Under the pieces are notes generated by a model that had not been told where the DNA came from, did not search any database, and worked only from the letters and a program-made list of their open reading frames with translations. 64,000 nucleotides of DNA from an uncultured Chloroflexia bacterium. Its GTDB lineage: Bacteria > Chloroflexota > Limnocylindria > Limnocylindrales > CSP1-4. How positions within the stretch are numbered: position 1 is the stretch's first letter; each line of letters starts with the position of its first letter. A program made the position numbers and the translations under genes. Positions 1 to 9,940 of this stretch are shown piece after piece. The stretch lies in assembly GCA_963850035.1 (NCBI GenBank), contig CAWKJP010000005.1, positions 195,644-259,643 on the forward strand, read 5' to 3'.

Positions 1-2
1 CC

Positions 3-1679
3 GTGGTCCACGAGGTCGCCTACGCGACCCTCGCCCGCCGGGACCGGCGGACGAGGCACCTCGCGGCCGCGCGCCACATCGAATCGCTCGGCGACGAGTC
101 GATGGCGACGGTCCTCGCCACACACTACCTGGAGGCCTACCGCGCGGCCCCAGAGGACGCGCAGGGCCAGGCGATCCGCGCCCAGGCCCGGGTGGCGCTC
201 CGGGCCGCCGCCGATCGGTCGGCCCGGCTCCACAACTACCGGCAGGCGGTGAGCGATCTCGGCCTGGCCCTCGATCTCAGCGACGACGCCTCCGAGCGGG
301 CAGGGCTGCTCATGCGCCAGGCCGAGCTGAGCGAGGCCGGCGCCCGCTACGAGGAGGCGACCGCGGCAGTGGAGGAGGCGAGGGAAACCTACGACCGTCT
401 GGGTGACCGATCGGCGTTCCTGGGGGCCACCGCGCTCCTCGGCAGGATCGAGATGAAGTCGGGCCGGATGGTCGAAGCCGCCGCGCTCTTCGAGCAGAGC
501 CTGTCCGACCTGGACCCCGCGGCTGACCCGGCCACCTACGCGCGGTTCGCGGCCGAGTATGCCCGGATCCACATGGTCGAGAACCGGGCCGCCGAGGGTG
601 CCGCCTGGACCGAGCGTGCGCTCGCGGCCGCGGGGCCGATCCGGCTCGTCGAGGTCATCGCCGAAGCGCTGAACACGCGCGGCGTATGCCTTCAGTACCT
701 CAATCGGCTCGACGAGGGTGTGGCGCTCCTGCGCGCCAGCGTTGATCTCGCGGCGGCGAACCACCTCTCGAGCGCGGAGCTGCGGGCGCGGTTCAATCTC
801 GCCGGCCGGCGCTTCGCCGACGATCCACGGGACGCGATCGAGGTCCTGCGGACGGGCGTCGAGGTCGCCCTGAAGACCGGCAGGCGCGATTGGCTCCTCG
901 CCCTGTCCGGCTTCCTCTCGGGTCAGCTCACGGCCATCGGGGAGTTCGACGACGCGCTCGCCGTCCTCGATGTCGTGTCGGACTCGGATCGGCCGCCCAG
1001 CGAACGCGCCGAGGCGATCGTCCATCGTGCCGAGATTGCCGCCTACCGTGGCGACGCGACAGCCTGGCGCCAGGGCATTGCGGAGGCGGACGCGCTCGTC
1101 GAGGGCGACTCGAGCCCACAGCGACAATGGGCGTGGGCGGCCACCGCGATGCAGGTCGCGCTCGCCGAAGGTCGCCTCGATGACGCCCGAAGGGAGGCCC
1201 GCGGGATCGGCGGCAACTGGGCGATGTGGGGCGCGATCGGGTCTGCACGGGCGGCCCTCCGGGCACGCGACGCCGATGGAGCACGCTCGGCGATCACCTC
1301 GGCACTGCTGCGCGACGACATCGGGCTGACCGTCGACCAGGAGCGCCTCAGCCTGCGGTCGAGCCTTGCTGCGCTCGACGGACGCCGCGATGAGGCCGTC
1401 GCCGGGTATCGCGAGGCCGCGCGACTCTCGCGCGAGCTCGACGACCCGCTGGGCCTCGCGGTGACGATGCTCGACGCCGTCATCACCCTCGGCCCGGCGG
1501 ATCCGGAGTCGGCGGGCTTCGCGGCCGAGGCCCGCCTCGTCTACGAGCGACGCGGCGCGAAGGCCATGCTCGCACGGCTCGACGAAGCGCTGGCGGCCTC
1601 CGCGCCGAGCCCCCGACGGCCAGCCCCGCGGAGCGCCGACGCTGCGCCCGAGCGGACGGGCCCTCTCTCGAGCCTGTAG
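3..1679 (+). CDS. C-terminal TPR-repeat portion of a large AAA-ATPase/adenylate-cyclase-family regulator (5' end lies outside the window)
   Basis: The ORF is open from the window edge. Its C-terminal region parallels that of the 1188-aa protein at 4493..8059 (e.g. ...EVAYATLARRDRRTRHLAAARHIESLGDE... versus ...EVAYNTLARADRKARHLAAARFFEALGSDE...). It has a TPR-like alpha-repeat composition. Confidence 0.6.
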   Translation: MVHEVAYATLARRDRRTRHLAAARHIESLGDESMATVLATHYLEAYRAAPEDAQGQAIRAQARVALRAAADRSARLHNYRQAVSDLGLALDLSDDASERAGLLMRQAELSEAGARYEEATAAVEEARETYDRLGDRSAFLGATALLGRIEMKSGRMVEAAALFEQSLSDLDPAADPATYARFAAEYARIHMVENRAAEGAAWTERALAAAGPIRLVEVIAEALNTRGVCLQYLNRLDEGVALLRASVDLAAANHLSSAELRARFNLAGRRFADDPRDAIEVLRTGVEVALKTGRRDWLLALSGFLSGQLTAIGEFDDALAVLDVVSDSDRPPSERAEAIVHRAEIAAYRGDATAWRQGIAEADALVEGDSSPQRQWAWAATAMQVALAEGRLDDARREARGIGGNWAMWGAIGSARAALRARDADGARSAITSALLRDDIGLTVDQERLSLRSSLAALDGRRDEAVAGYREAARLSRELDDPLGLAVTMLDAVITLGPADPESAGFAAEARLVYERRGAKAMLARLDEALAASAPSPRRPAPRSADAAPERTGPLSSL

Positions 1680-1915
1680 CGAGCCGCGGAGGCGGTGACG
1701 GCGTGAGCCGGTCGTCGTCGACCGATACGCGGGCGAGCACCAAGCGCGTTTCGCTGGTGCGCCCTAACGCTCCGGTCGAGGTCGAGGTCGGCTCAGCGGC
1801 GCACCTGCGGGTTGACCGCCGACGTGCTGGAGCCGATCCTTCGGCGCTGACCGGTGAACCCGCGAGCGTCGTGAACCGTAGCGCGGGAGCGTCATCAGCA
1901 CGAAAGGCGGGGGGC

Positions 1916-2449
1916 ATGGACCAGGCGACGTTCGCGAGCTGGCACGACTTCTACATAACGATGGGCACGGCCTCCGCCAGCCTCATCGGCCTCCTGTTCG
2001 TGGCCCTCTCTCTCAACCTCGACGCGATCATGGGCGAGTCGCGGGACCACGTGCGGGCGTTTGCGGAGCAGGCATTCAACAGCTTCTCGACGGTCCTCCT
2101 CATCGCCGTCTGCTTCCTCATCCCCCAGCACACTGCCGACGGACTCGGCGTCGTCTACGTGCTGCTCGCGATCGTGGGCGGGTATCGCATGCTCCGACGC
2201 GCGCCGACGGTGTGGCGCGGCAGAGAGCGGGATCGACTGGGCGAGGTGGCGTTCTGGCGCCTCGCGCTGCCGGCCGCGGCGGTGCTCGGCCTCGCCGCCT
2301 CCGGCGTCGGGCTCCTGTATGGACTGCCCGACGCGGTCTACTGGCTGGTGGCCGTGATCATCGGCCTCCTGATGTCGGCGGCCCGCAGCTCGTGGGACCT
2401 GCTGGTCAAGGTCGGCGAAGAGCGACGCACTGCGGGGCCTGCCGGCTGA
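1916..2449 (+). CDS. hypothetical integral membrane protein (about 4 TM helices)
   Basis: ORF 1703..2449 trimmed to the internal ATG at 1916 (MDQATFASWHDFYITMG...), which sits just before the first hydrophobic helix. It has several hydrophobic segments. I recognise no family. Confidence 0.45.
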   Translation: MDQATFASWHDFYITMGTASASLIGLLFVALSLNLDAIMGESRDHVRAFAEQAFNSFSTVLLIAVCFLIPQHTADGLGVVYVLLAIVGGYRMLRRAPTVWRGRERDRLGEVAFWRLALPAAAVLGLAASGVGLLYGLPDAVYWLVAVIIGLLMSAARSSWDLLVKVGEERRTAGPAG

Positions 2450-2538
2450 CGGGACGGGCAGTCCAGATCGGTGCGGCCGCGCCGATCGTCAGGTGCTGCG
2501 CATTTCGCTGCGCGACCGAAACGCGGGGGACGATCGAG

Positions 2539-2870
2539 ATGTTCACCGAGCATGCGGCGAACGGCTACCGAACCGTCGCGCCGGGAATCGAGCTGCGCGT
2601 CCTGTGCTACGGCGCCCGGACGATGCTGACGGAGTTCCGCCTCGCGGCCGGCCACGATCTGCCGACCCATAGCCACCCGCACGAGCAGACAGGTACCTCG
2701 TGCACGGCCGTATGCGGCTCCGGATCGGCGACGAAACGTACGAGGTCTCTCCAGGCGACAGCTGGCCGATCGCCGGCGGCGTCGAGCACGGCGCCGCGAT
2801 CGCCGAGGATTCGATCGCGATGGAGGTGTTCTCGCCGGTCCGCGAGGAATACCTTTCCGGAGGCCGCTGA
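2539..2870 (+). pseudogene. cupin-domain protein with an apparent -1 frameshift near 2693-2700
   Basis: The N-terminal frame reads MFTEHAANGYRTVAPGIELRVLCYGARTMLTEFRLAAGHDLPTHSHPHEQTG. The reading then continues in another frame as YLVHGRMRLRIGDETYEVSPGDSWPIAGGVEHGAAIAEDSIAMEVFSPVREEYLSGGR* (TGA at 2868). This reconstitutes a typical ~110-aa cupin with an H-x-H...E...H motif. Confidence 0.55.
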
Positions 2871-3323
2871 TCAGCCGAGGCGAACCCGCGTCGGTCGGAT
2901 CCGGATCGGGATGCTGAAATCGAGCGCGGTCTTTGTGAAATCCAGGCCCCAGTGCGCGTGCGGCTCGGCGTACTTCGCCCGGTAGCGTTCGTGTACATCC
3001 AGGGGCGGGATTGTCGTGTCGATCGCTGCCATGCCTTCGATGATCAACGAGTGGTCGCCGTACGGGTCGGACTGGAGGTGGAACGAGACCCGCGGCGAGC
3101 CAGCGATGTTGCGCACCTTCGGCGTGTTCGGCTGGCTGTAGAAGAACACGTCCGGACCGTCGTGAAGGAACGAGATCAGGGACGACTGGACGCGCCCATC
3201 CGGCGCCACGGTCGTCAGCCACCCAACGACGTCACGCTCGAGGTGCTCCCGTGCCCAGGCTGCGTCGTCGCGAGCGAGCGCGGCCGCGAGCGGACCATCA
3301 GCCAGCGGGTCGTTGTCGGTCAC
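2871..3323 (-). CDS. PPOX-class F420-dependent / pyridoxamine 5'-phosphate oxidase family protein
   Basis: 150 aa starting at a GTG preceded by GGAGG (VTDNDPLADGPLAAALARDD...DVVGWLTTVAPDGRVQSSLISFLHDG...SPRVSFHL...). This pattern is typical of the FMN/F420-binding split-barrel family. The upstream portion of the longer ORF is low-complexity. Confidence 0.6.
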   Translation of the reverse strand: MTDNDPLADGPLAAALARDDAAWAREHLERDVVGWLTTVAPDGRVQSSLISFLHDGPDVFFYSQPNTPKVRNIAGSPRVSFHLQSDPYGDHSLIIEGMAAIDTTIPPLDVHERYRAKYAEPHAHWGLDFTKTALDFSIPIRIRPTRVRLG

Positions 3324-3709
3324 GCCGTTCCTCCGGTGCAGACGCCGCGATGGTAGCCCACGACCGTGACGGTGCGACACGGATTCCGCGGTCCGAGGTC
3401 GAGCGTGCACGTGGACGACCCGCGCGCGACCAAGCTGAGCGCGATCGGGAGCCTGATCTGCACCTCGGGTGCATGCCCCCAGTTGAGGATCGCGTTCAGC
3501 ATCACCGTCGTCGTCGAGTGACGGTCGCGGTACTCGGTCGAGATCCAACCCGCCGTCAGCCTGGCCGTTTGCCAGCGTGCGCGTCCCCTCCCGGGGCGTC
3601 GCCTCTGCAGGGCTCGCGCGAACCGGGACGGGGGCTTGACCGGGCGGCACGGACACCTAGGATCGGCCGTCATCGGCGTCCGGGAGGAGCTCGCAGGGGG
3701 CGGAGCGCG

Positions 3710-4369
3710 ATGGCAATCGATCGGCCGATCAGCACTCGGTCACGGGCTCGCGCGTCCGGCGCGACCCTGGCCGTCGCGGTCATCCTGGGAGCGCTGATCG
3801 CCGGGTGCGGCGGCACGTCCTCCCCGGCCGGTGGCGGAGGCGGCGGAGGAGGAGGCGGGGCGAGCAGCGGCGCCGCCGGCGCGGGTGCGACCGTCACGAA
3901 TGCATGCGCGCTGCTGACCGCCGCCGACATCCAGAACGTCGTCGGTCATGCTGTCGCCACCTCGAGCCCGTTCCAGAACCAGCCGGACCAGCCCGGCTGC
4001 GAGTGGAGCTGGGACTCGGGTATCGGGTCGAACGACGTCAGCCTGACTGTCGTCAGCCCCGGCGGGCGGTCGGACTTTGACTCGACACGGCAGTTCGACC
4101 TCAAGTTCGCCGGCGGTCTCTCCGCGCTCGGGTCGGCCGCCGCGAGCGAGGCCGCGCCGCTCAGCTCCGACCTGGCCCAGAACCTGGGCGACGTGTTCAA
4201 GGTCGGCGACGTGGCAGGGCTCGGCGATGCCGCGTTCATGGGGCCCGGCACCACGATCTACGCCGTCAAGGGCGACACGGAGATCCAGATCCAGATCCTC
4301 GACGTGATCGACGACGGGATCCCCGCCAAGACGATCCAGCTCGCGAAGATCGTCCTCGGCCACCTGTAG
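3710..4369 (+). CDS. secreted lipoprotein (DUF3558-like)
   Basis: Signal peptide and lipobox (MAIDRPISTRSRARASGATLAVAVILGALIAGCGG), followed by a Gly/Ser-rich linker. An internal ATG at 3710 sits inside the longer ORF 3251..4369. Confidence 0.6.
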   Translation: MAIDRPISTRSRARASGATLAVAVILGALIAGCGGTSSPAGGGGGGGGGGASSGAAGAGATVTNACALLTAADIQNVVGHAVATSSPFQNQPDQPGCEWSWDSGIGSNDVSLTVVSPGGRSDFDSTRQFDLKFAGGLSALGSAAASEAAPLSSDLAQNLGDVFKVGDVAGLGDAAFMGPGTTIYAVKGDTEIQIQILDVIDDGIPAKTIQLAKIVLGHL

Positions 4370-4492
4370 CCCCCCGACGCGGCCGCGAGGCGGCCGATCG
4401 GGGCACCTCGACGAAGGCCACGCCGTCGAGGAGCGTGGGCCTTCCGGGTCGAGCCCGCGCCCCGCGAGGGGCCGCGGGCTCGCAGACGGTGA

Positions 4493-7400
4493 TCAGACGC
4501 GCGGCACGCGCGGCGCTCGGGCCGCCCCGTCGATCCCCTGGGAACGCTCGGAATTCGCCGCCGATCGCTCCGCCGTCGTGTCCGCGGCTCGATCCGTGAG
4601 GGCCGCATCGAGCCGCGCCACGAATGGAGCGGCTCCAAGACGAACGAGGATCTCGCGGGCCGATTCGGCCGAGGCCCGAACCTCGGGATGGGCCGGATCG
4701 AGGAGCGTCGCCATGTCGATCCCGATGAGCGCCTCGTCCCAGGCGAGGCCAAGGTCGCGCCAGGACCGAAGGCACTCGCGGTACCGTGCGAGGGCGTCGG
4801 CCGGGTGGCCGTCCAGTGCCGCGAGACCTGCGCGGATCGTCATCCGATCAGCCTCGCTCGCGGGTCCGTGGACACCCGACGCGTCGAGGGCTGCGAGGTC
4901 GTCGCGGGCGCCCGCGGCATCGCCTGCCCACAGGGCCGCCCGGGCGCCGCGGGCCATGGCCTCCGGAAGGTTGTTCGCGCTGGCCGAGGCGACTCGATGC
5001 CAGGCGGTCCGAGCATCCTCGAGCCGTCCCGCCGCCAATGCCACGAAACCTGCGGCGATCCCCTGCCCCGAGACCACGTTCGGGTCGCTGCTCGGCCCCA
5101 CCAGGCGGGCGAGCTCGTCGACAAGACCGGGGACAGCCTGACCCCGCACGGCGAGGAGGCTGATGAAGACCGGGAGCGTCAGGATCCGGTCCGGTGAGTC
5201 CTGTTCGTCGGCAAGGGCGGCCTCGAGCCCCTCGATCGCCCACTGCCAGTCGCCGACCCGGAGGGCGTGCTCCGCGCCGTTCCCAAGCAGGAGCGCGGAG
5301 CTGGTCCGGCGACCGAGCCGTCGGGCGAGCGGAAGGCCTGCCCGGGCGACCTCGAGCCCCGCGCGCGGGTCGCGGCCGGCCTCGATGACGGTCCGATTGT
5401 TCATGGCACGGAGGAAGGTCGGGCCGAGCCCCTGCGCCTCGGCAAGCTCCTGGCCGGCCCGCAGGAGTCCCCGGCCCTCGGTAGCCCGGCCGATGATGGC
5501 GAGCGCCGTCCCCTTGGTCAGCAGCGTGTCGGCGACGATCGCGAGCAGGTCCGCATGCTCGGCCGCCTCGAGCACGCGGTCGGCCACCTCGATCGCCCGT
5601 CGGTTGTCGTCGGCAAGGAAGTGTGCCCGTGCGAGCTGGCCGCCGAGGGCGATGACCTCCGGCTCGGCGGCGAGGTCGGCGAACTCGGCCGCCGCCGGCT
5701 CGAGGAGCGCGATCGCCTCGGTCCCGTGGGAAGCCCCGAGCAGGGCGCGGCCGAGCGCGGCCGTCGCCCGACTGATCGAGGGCCGATCACCGAGGGCACG
5801 CTGGGCCTCGAGCGCCGTCCGCAGGTGCCGCTCGGCGACCTCGTGCCGGCCAGCAGCCGACGCCTCGTCACCGGCGCGCTCGAGGAGCTCCGCGCGAGCA
5901 CCGGGTTCGGTCGTGACCGTCAGCGCCTGGTCGAGGAAGGTGACGGCCTGGTCGTGGGCCCCCAGGGCGGCCGCCCGATCGGCCGCCGCCCGCAGGGCGA
6001 TCCGCGCCTGCCCCGCAAGGGCCTCCGCCGCGGATCCCTCCGGGGCGCTTCGATAGGCGGCGAGATAGTGCCCGGCCAGGGCCCCTGCGAGCTCGTCCGA
6101 GCCGAGCGCCTCGAAGAACCGTGCCGCGGCCAGGTGACGGGCCTTGCGGTCGGCGCGAGCGAGCGTGTTGTAGGCAACCTCGCGAATGAGCGCCTGGACG
6201 AACGCATACTGGCCGCGCTCGGGGCTGCGCGGATCGGCCTGGACCGCCAGCAGCTCGCGCCGGACGAGCATCCGCAGGCGCGGCTCCAGCTCGGCCTCAT
6301 CGATCCCGGAGACGGCGGCCAGGCCCGCAAGCGTAAAGCTCTGACCGATGACCGCGGCGTCGCTGACGAGCGCACGATCCTCCGCCGCGAGCCCGTCGAG
6401 CCGCGACGCGATCAGCGCGCTGAGCGTCTCGGGCACGGCCAGGGTGGTCAGGTCGCCGACGGGCACGTAGACGCCATCCTGCAGCGCCAGCCGGCCCTCC
6501 GCGACAAGCATGCGGACCGTCTCGACGGCGTAGAGCGGGATGCCGTCCGCCCGAGCCACGATCGCCCGGACCGCCGAATCGGGCAGGCCCGGGACCAGGC
6601 CGAGCAGCAGCTCGCGGATGGCCGCCTCCGACAGGGGGTCGACGAAGAGCGACACGAAGTTACGCTTGCCGGCTCCCCAGTCCGGCCGGCGATCCACGAG
6701 CTCCGGCCGCGAGAGCGTCACGACGTAGATCGGCACGCCCCGCGACCACTCCATGAGGTGGTCGACGAAGTCGAGGAGGCCGCTGTCCGCGAGCTGGAAG
6801 TCCTCGAAGACCATCACGACCGGGGCGGTCGCGGCCAGCCGTTCGAAGAACGTCCGCCACGCGGCGAAGAGCTGGTCCGCGCCGATCGCGCCCGTATCGA
6901 TCCCGAAGAGGGCGAGCAAGGCCGGCTCGATCCAGCGCCGCTCGGCCTCGTCGGGGACGTGACTCGCGACCGCCGCGGCGATCTTCCTCCGGGTCGTGGG
7001 CTCGTCATCGGTCTCGAGGAGCTCGGCGCGCCGACGGACCATCTCGCCGAGGGCCCAGAAGCTGATTCCCTCGCCGTACGCGGGCGACCGGCCATCGTGG
7101 AACCAGACCGTCTCGACCAGCCCGTCGAGGTACTTGAGGAACTCCCAGGCAAGGCGCGACTTCCCGATCCCCGCTGGACCGACCACGGACACGAGCCGGG
7201 CCCGCCGCTCGCGGGTGGTCGCGTGGAACAGGTCCTTGAGAAGCCGGAACTCCTCGTCACGCCCCACGAACGGCGCCTCCAGCGAGTCCGAGCGGTTGCG
7301 TCCGCCGCGCTCGGCGACCACGCGCAGGGCCCTCCAGGCCGGGACGGGCGCGGTCTTGCCCTTGAGCGTCTGCTCGCCGACCGCCTCGAAGGCGATGGCC

Positions 7401-8059
7401 CGGCTGGCCGCTCGCTGGGTCGCCTCGCCGACGATCACCGCGCCGGACGGCGCCACGCTCTGAAGTCGGCTCGCGGTGTTGACGAGATCGCCCGCGACCA
7501 TGCCCTCGCCGATGGCGCCGAGCGTCACCGCGGCCTCGCCGGTCAGGACGCCGGCCCGCGCGCTGATCCCTGGCCCAAGCTCGCGAACGGCCTCGACCAG
7601 GTCGAGGCCCGCTCGGACGGCCCGTTCCGCGTCATCCTCGTGGGCGGTCGGCGTCCCCCAGACGGCCATGACCGCATCGCCGATGAACTTCTCGACGGTC
7701 CCGCCGTAGCGGGTGATCACGTCGCGGGAGAGGTCGAAGTAGCGCGACAGCAGCTCCCGCGTCTCCTCGGCGTCGCGGCCTTCCGCGAGGGCCGTGAACC
7801 CGACGAGGTCGGCGAAGAGGATCGAGACGGTCCGGCGCGCGGAGACCGGTCCGGCGGCCGCGGACACCGCGTCCGGACGCGCGTTCGATAGGCGAGGCGA
7901 CGACGCGCCGGCGAGCGGCGTCGCGCACTCGCCGCAGAACCGCTCGCCCACCTGGTTGATTGCCCCGCAGGACGGGCAGGCGAGCGCAAGGGGCGACGCG
8001 CATTCCGAGCAGAACTTGCGTCCCGCCCTGTTCTCAGCGCCGCAGTTCGAGCAGACCAT
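4493..8059 (-). CDS. class III adenylate/guanylate cyclase fused to an AAA ATPase and TPR repeats, with an N-terminal double zinc ribbon
   Basis: 1188 aa. The N-terminus has CxxC...CxxC x2 (MVCSNCGAENRAGRKFCSECAS...CPSCGA...CGEC). A cyclase catalytic core (SILFADLVGFTALAE...FIGDAVMAVWG) and a P-loop (VVGPAGIGKSRL) follow, then long TPR-like repeats. Confidence 0.85.
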   Translation of the reverse strand: MVCSNCGAENRAGRKFCSECASPLALACPSCGAINQVGERFCGECATPLAGASSPRLSNARPDAVSAAAGPVSARRTVSILFADLVGFTALAEGRDAEETRELLSRYFDLSRDVITRYGGTVEKFIGDAVMAVWGTPTAHEDDAERAVRAGLDLVEAVRELGPGISARAGVLTGEAAVTLGAIGEGMVAGDLVNTASRLQSVAPSGAVIVGEATQRAASRAIAFEAVGEQTLKGKTAPVPAWRALRVVAERGGRNRSDSLEAPFVGRDEEFRLLKDLFHATTRERRARLVSVVGPAGIGKSRLAWEFLKYLDGLVETVWFHDGRSPAYGEGISFWALGEMVRRRAELLETDDEPTTRRKIAAAVASHVPDEAERRWIEPALLALFGIDTGAIGADQLFAAWRTFFERLAATAPVVMVFEDFQLADSGLLDFVDHLMEWSRGVPIYVVTLSRPELVDRRPDWGAGKRNFVSLFVDPLSEAAIRELLLGLVPGLPDSAVRAIVARADGIPLYAVETVRMLVAEGRLALQDGVYVPVGDLTTLAVPETLSALIASRLDGLAAEDRALVSDAAVIGQSFTLAGLAAVSGIDEAELEPRLRMLVRRELLAVQADPRSPERGQYAFVQALIREVAYNTLARADRKARHLAAARFFEALGSDELAGALAGHYLAAYRSAPEGSAAEALAGQARIALRAAADRAAALGAHDQAVTFLDQALTVTTEPGARAELLERAGDEASAAGRHEVAERHLRTALEAQRALGDRPSISRATAALGRALLGASHGTEAIALLEPAAAEFADLAAEPEVIALGGQLARAHFLADDNRRAIEVADRVLEAAEHADLLAIVADTLLTKGTALAIIGRATEGRGLLRAGQELAEAQGLGPTFLRAMNNRTVIEAGRDPRAGLEVARAGLPLARRLGRRTSSALLLGNGAEHALRVGDWQWAIEGLEAALADEQDSPDRILTLPVFISLLAVRGQAVPGLVDELARLVGPSSDPNVVSGQGIAAGFVALAAGRLEDARTAWHRVASASANNLPEAMARGARAALWAGDAAGARDDLAALDASGVHGPASEADRMTIRAGLAALDGHPADALARYRECLRSWRDLGLAWDEALIGIDMATLLDPAHPEVRASAESAREILVRLGAAPFVARLDAALTDRAADTTAERSAANSERSQGIDGAARAPRVPRV

Positions 8060-8119
8060 CTCGCCCCCAGGTCCGAAGTGCCAGCGAGCGTACCCGACGC
8101 GACGCCTGGCGAAAAGACC

Positions 8120-8174
8120 GTGACGCCGCCCTGCGCACCGTGTCGTCGGCGGGCGCAGGAAGAACGGGCGTCAC
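8120..8174. promoter_or_regulatory. nested inverted repeat in the divergent intergenic region (outer GTGACGCC / GGCGTCAC, inner CCTGCGC / GCGCAGG)
   Basis: Read directly: GTGACGCC at 8120-8127 pairs with GGCGTCAC at 8167-8174, and CCTGCGC at 8130-8136 pairs with GCGCAGG at 8153-8159. It lies between the divergent gene starts at 8059 (-) and 8196 (+). Confidence 0.3.
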
Positions 8175-8195
8175 CTCGTCCCCGATGATGAGCCC

Positions 8196-9308
8196 GTGAC
8201 ACCACCCATCGAGGGCAGCCGCCTCGATCGCAGGACCCTCAACCGGGCGCTGCTCGCCCGCCAGCACCTGCTCGACCGCGTTGAGCTGCCGGTCGCCGAT
8301 GCGATCGAGGAGCTCGTGGGGCTCCAGGCGCAGGTTCCGCGCGACCCGTACATCTCGCTCTGGTCGCGGCTCCGCGGCTTCGATCCGGCGGAACTCGAAC
8401 GGCTGCTCCTCGAGCGGCGCGCGGTTCGCATGACCCTCATGCGAACGACCCTCCACCTGGTGACTGCCGCGGACGCCCGGGTGTTGCGCGGGGTGATGCA
8501 GGGCGTCTGCGAGCGGGGCTTCCAGTCGAGCTCGTTCCGTCGGCAGCTCGGCGGGATCGATCTCGACGCGGTCCTGGCCGCCGCAACGGAGATTGTCGAG
8601 GGGCTGCCATGCACGATCGCGGACCTCGGGCGGGCCCTGGGCGAGCGATGGCCAACGCAGGATCCGAACGCGATGGCCTACGCCTTCCGGTACCTCGTCC
8701 CGCTCGTCCAGGTGCCGCCGCGCGGCCTCCTGCGGAGGTCCGGCGCCGCTCGCGTGACGACGCTGGCCGCGTGGCTCGGCCGGCCGGCGGGGGTCCCGGA
8801 GGCGGATGCCGCGGCGGACGCTGTCGTCGTGCGCTACCTACGGGCCTTCGGACCGGCGACCGTCGCGGACATGCGGACCTGGTCGTGGCTGACCGGCTTG
8901 CGCGGCGCCGTGACGCGCCTGCGGCCGCGCCTGCGCTCCTACCGGGACGAAGCAGGGCGCGAGCTGCTCGACGTCGAGGACGGGGCCTTCGTTGATCCGA
9001 ACGAGCCGGCGCCCGTCCGCTTCCTGGGCGAGTACGACAACGTCTTCCTCTCGCATGCGGACCGGTCCCGCATCACCGGCGACGCGGCATGGGGCGTGGC
9101 GTACGCCCGCAAGGGCGCGTTTTTCGTCGACGGATTCCTCGCTGGGTCCTGGTCGGCGTCGAGCGCGGGTGAACGGTCAACCCTCGCGATCGAGCCCAGG
9201 GCCGGTCTTGGCGGAAGCGCCAGCGAGGTCTCCGCCGAGGGCGAGGCGCTGCTCGGGCTCCTGTTCCCGGACGTTGCGTCGCACGCGGTCGAGATCCATC
9301 CCGGATAG
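8196..9308 (+). CDS. winged-helix DNA-binding domain protein (YcaQ/DUF1006 family)
   Basis: 370 aa. The N-terminus (...LNRALLARQHLLDRVELPVADAIEELVGLQAQVPRDPYISLWSRL...) is characteristic of the YcaQ-like crosslink-repair glycosylase / winged-helix family. Confidence 0.65.
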   Translation: MTPPIEGSRLDRRTLNRALLARQHLLDRVELPVADAIEELVGLQAQVPRDPYISLWSRLRGFDPAELERLLLERRAVRMTLMRTTLHLVTAADARVLRGVMQGVCERGFQSSSFRRQLGGIDLDAVLAAATEIVEGLPCTIADLGRALGERWPTQDPNAMAYAFRYLVPLVQVPPRGLLRRSGAARVTTLAAWLGRPAGVPEADAAADAVVVRYLRAFGPATVADMRTWSWLTGLRGAVTRLRPRLRSYRDEAGRELLDVEDGAFVDPNEPAPVRFLGEYDNVFLSHADRSRITGDAAWGVAYARKGAFFVDGFLAGSWSASSAGERSTLAIEPRAGLGGSASEVSAEGEALLGLLFPDVASHAVEIHPG

Positions 9309-9367
9309 GGGCTGCGGCTCGACCGAGCGCCGCTCGTCCGGGACGCTGCTGGGCGAGAATCCCCGGC

Positions 9368-9895
9368 ATGGACCACGCCGATCACGTCCGGCTCATCCGG
9401 GAGGGCGTCGAAGGAGGCGGCACCTCGTGGGCCGACCTCGGCTCTGGCGAAGGAGCGTTCACGCTCGCCCTCGCGGACATCCTGGGCGCCTCGGGCTCGA
9501 TCATCACGGTCGATACGGACGGCCGCGCCCTGCAGGTCCAGCTCCGCAGGCTCGCGGACGCGTTCCCCGGGACGCGCGTGACGCCCCTGGTCGCCGACTT
9601 CACGCATCCCCTGCGATTGCCGCCGCTCGATGGGATCGTGATGGCGAACTCACTTCACTTCGTGCGCGACAAGATTGCGGTGCTCGGCCTCGTGCGGGAG
9701 TCCCTGCGTCCGGGCGGCCGCCTGGTCCTCGTGGAGTACGACGCCGACCACGGCAACCCGTGGGTCCCCTACCCGCTCACCTTCCGCTCGTGGGCGGCGC
9801 TCGCGAAGGCGGCCGGATTCCGCGACACGCGGCGGCTCGGGTCCGTCCCAAGTCGATTCCTCGGGTCGATCTACTCGGCGCTCAGCATTCGCTGA
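9368..9895 (+). CDS. class I SAM-dependent methyltransferase
   Basis: 175 aa with a glycine-rich SAM-binding motif I (DLGSGEGAFTLALA) and downstream motifs (IVMANSLHFV, GGRLVLVEY). Confidence 0.8.
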   Translation: MDHADHVRLIREGVEGGGTSWADLGSGEGAFTLALADILGASGSIITVDTDGRALQVQLRRLADAFPGTRVTPLVADFTHPLRLPPLDGIVMANSLHFVRDKIAVLGLVRESLRPGGRLVLVEYDADHGNPWVPYPLTFRSWAALAKAAGFRDTRRLGSVPSRFLGSIYSALSIR

Positions 9896-9940
9896 GCGGT
9901 TCGCGTTGGGGGCCGCGCCACGTGTCGGCGGGGTGGCGCC

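Noticed and set aside
5267-7891. 874-aa plus-strand ORF, and the 586-aa ORF 12228..13988 (-)
   Set aside because: They are antisense to the cyclase/ATPase/TPR gene and to the hybrid kinase respectively, both of which have unambiguous motifs.
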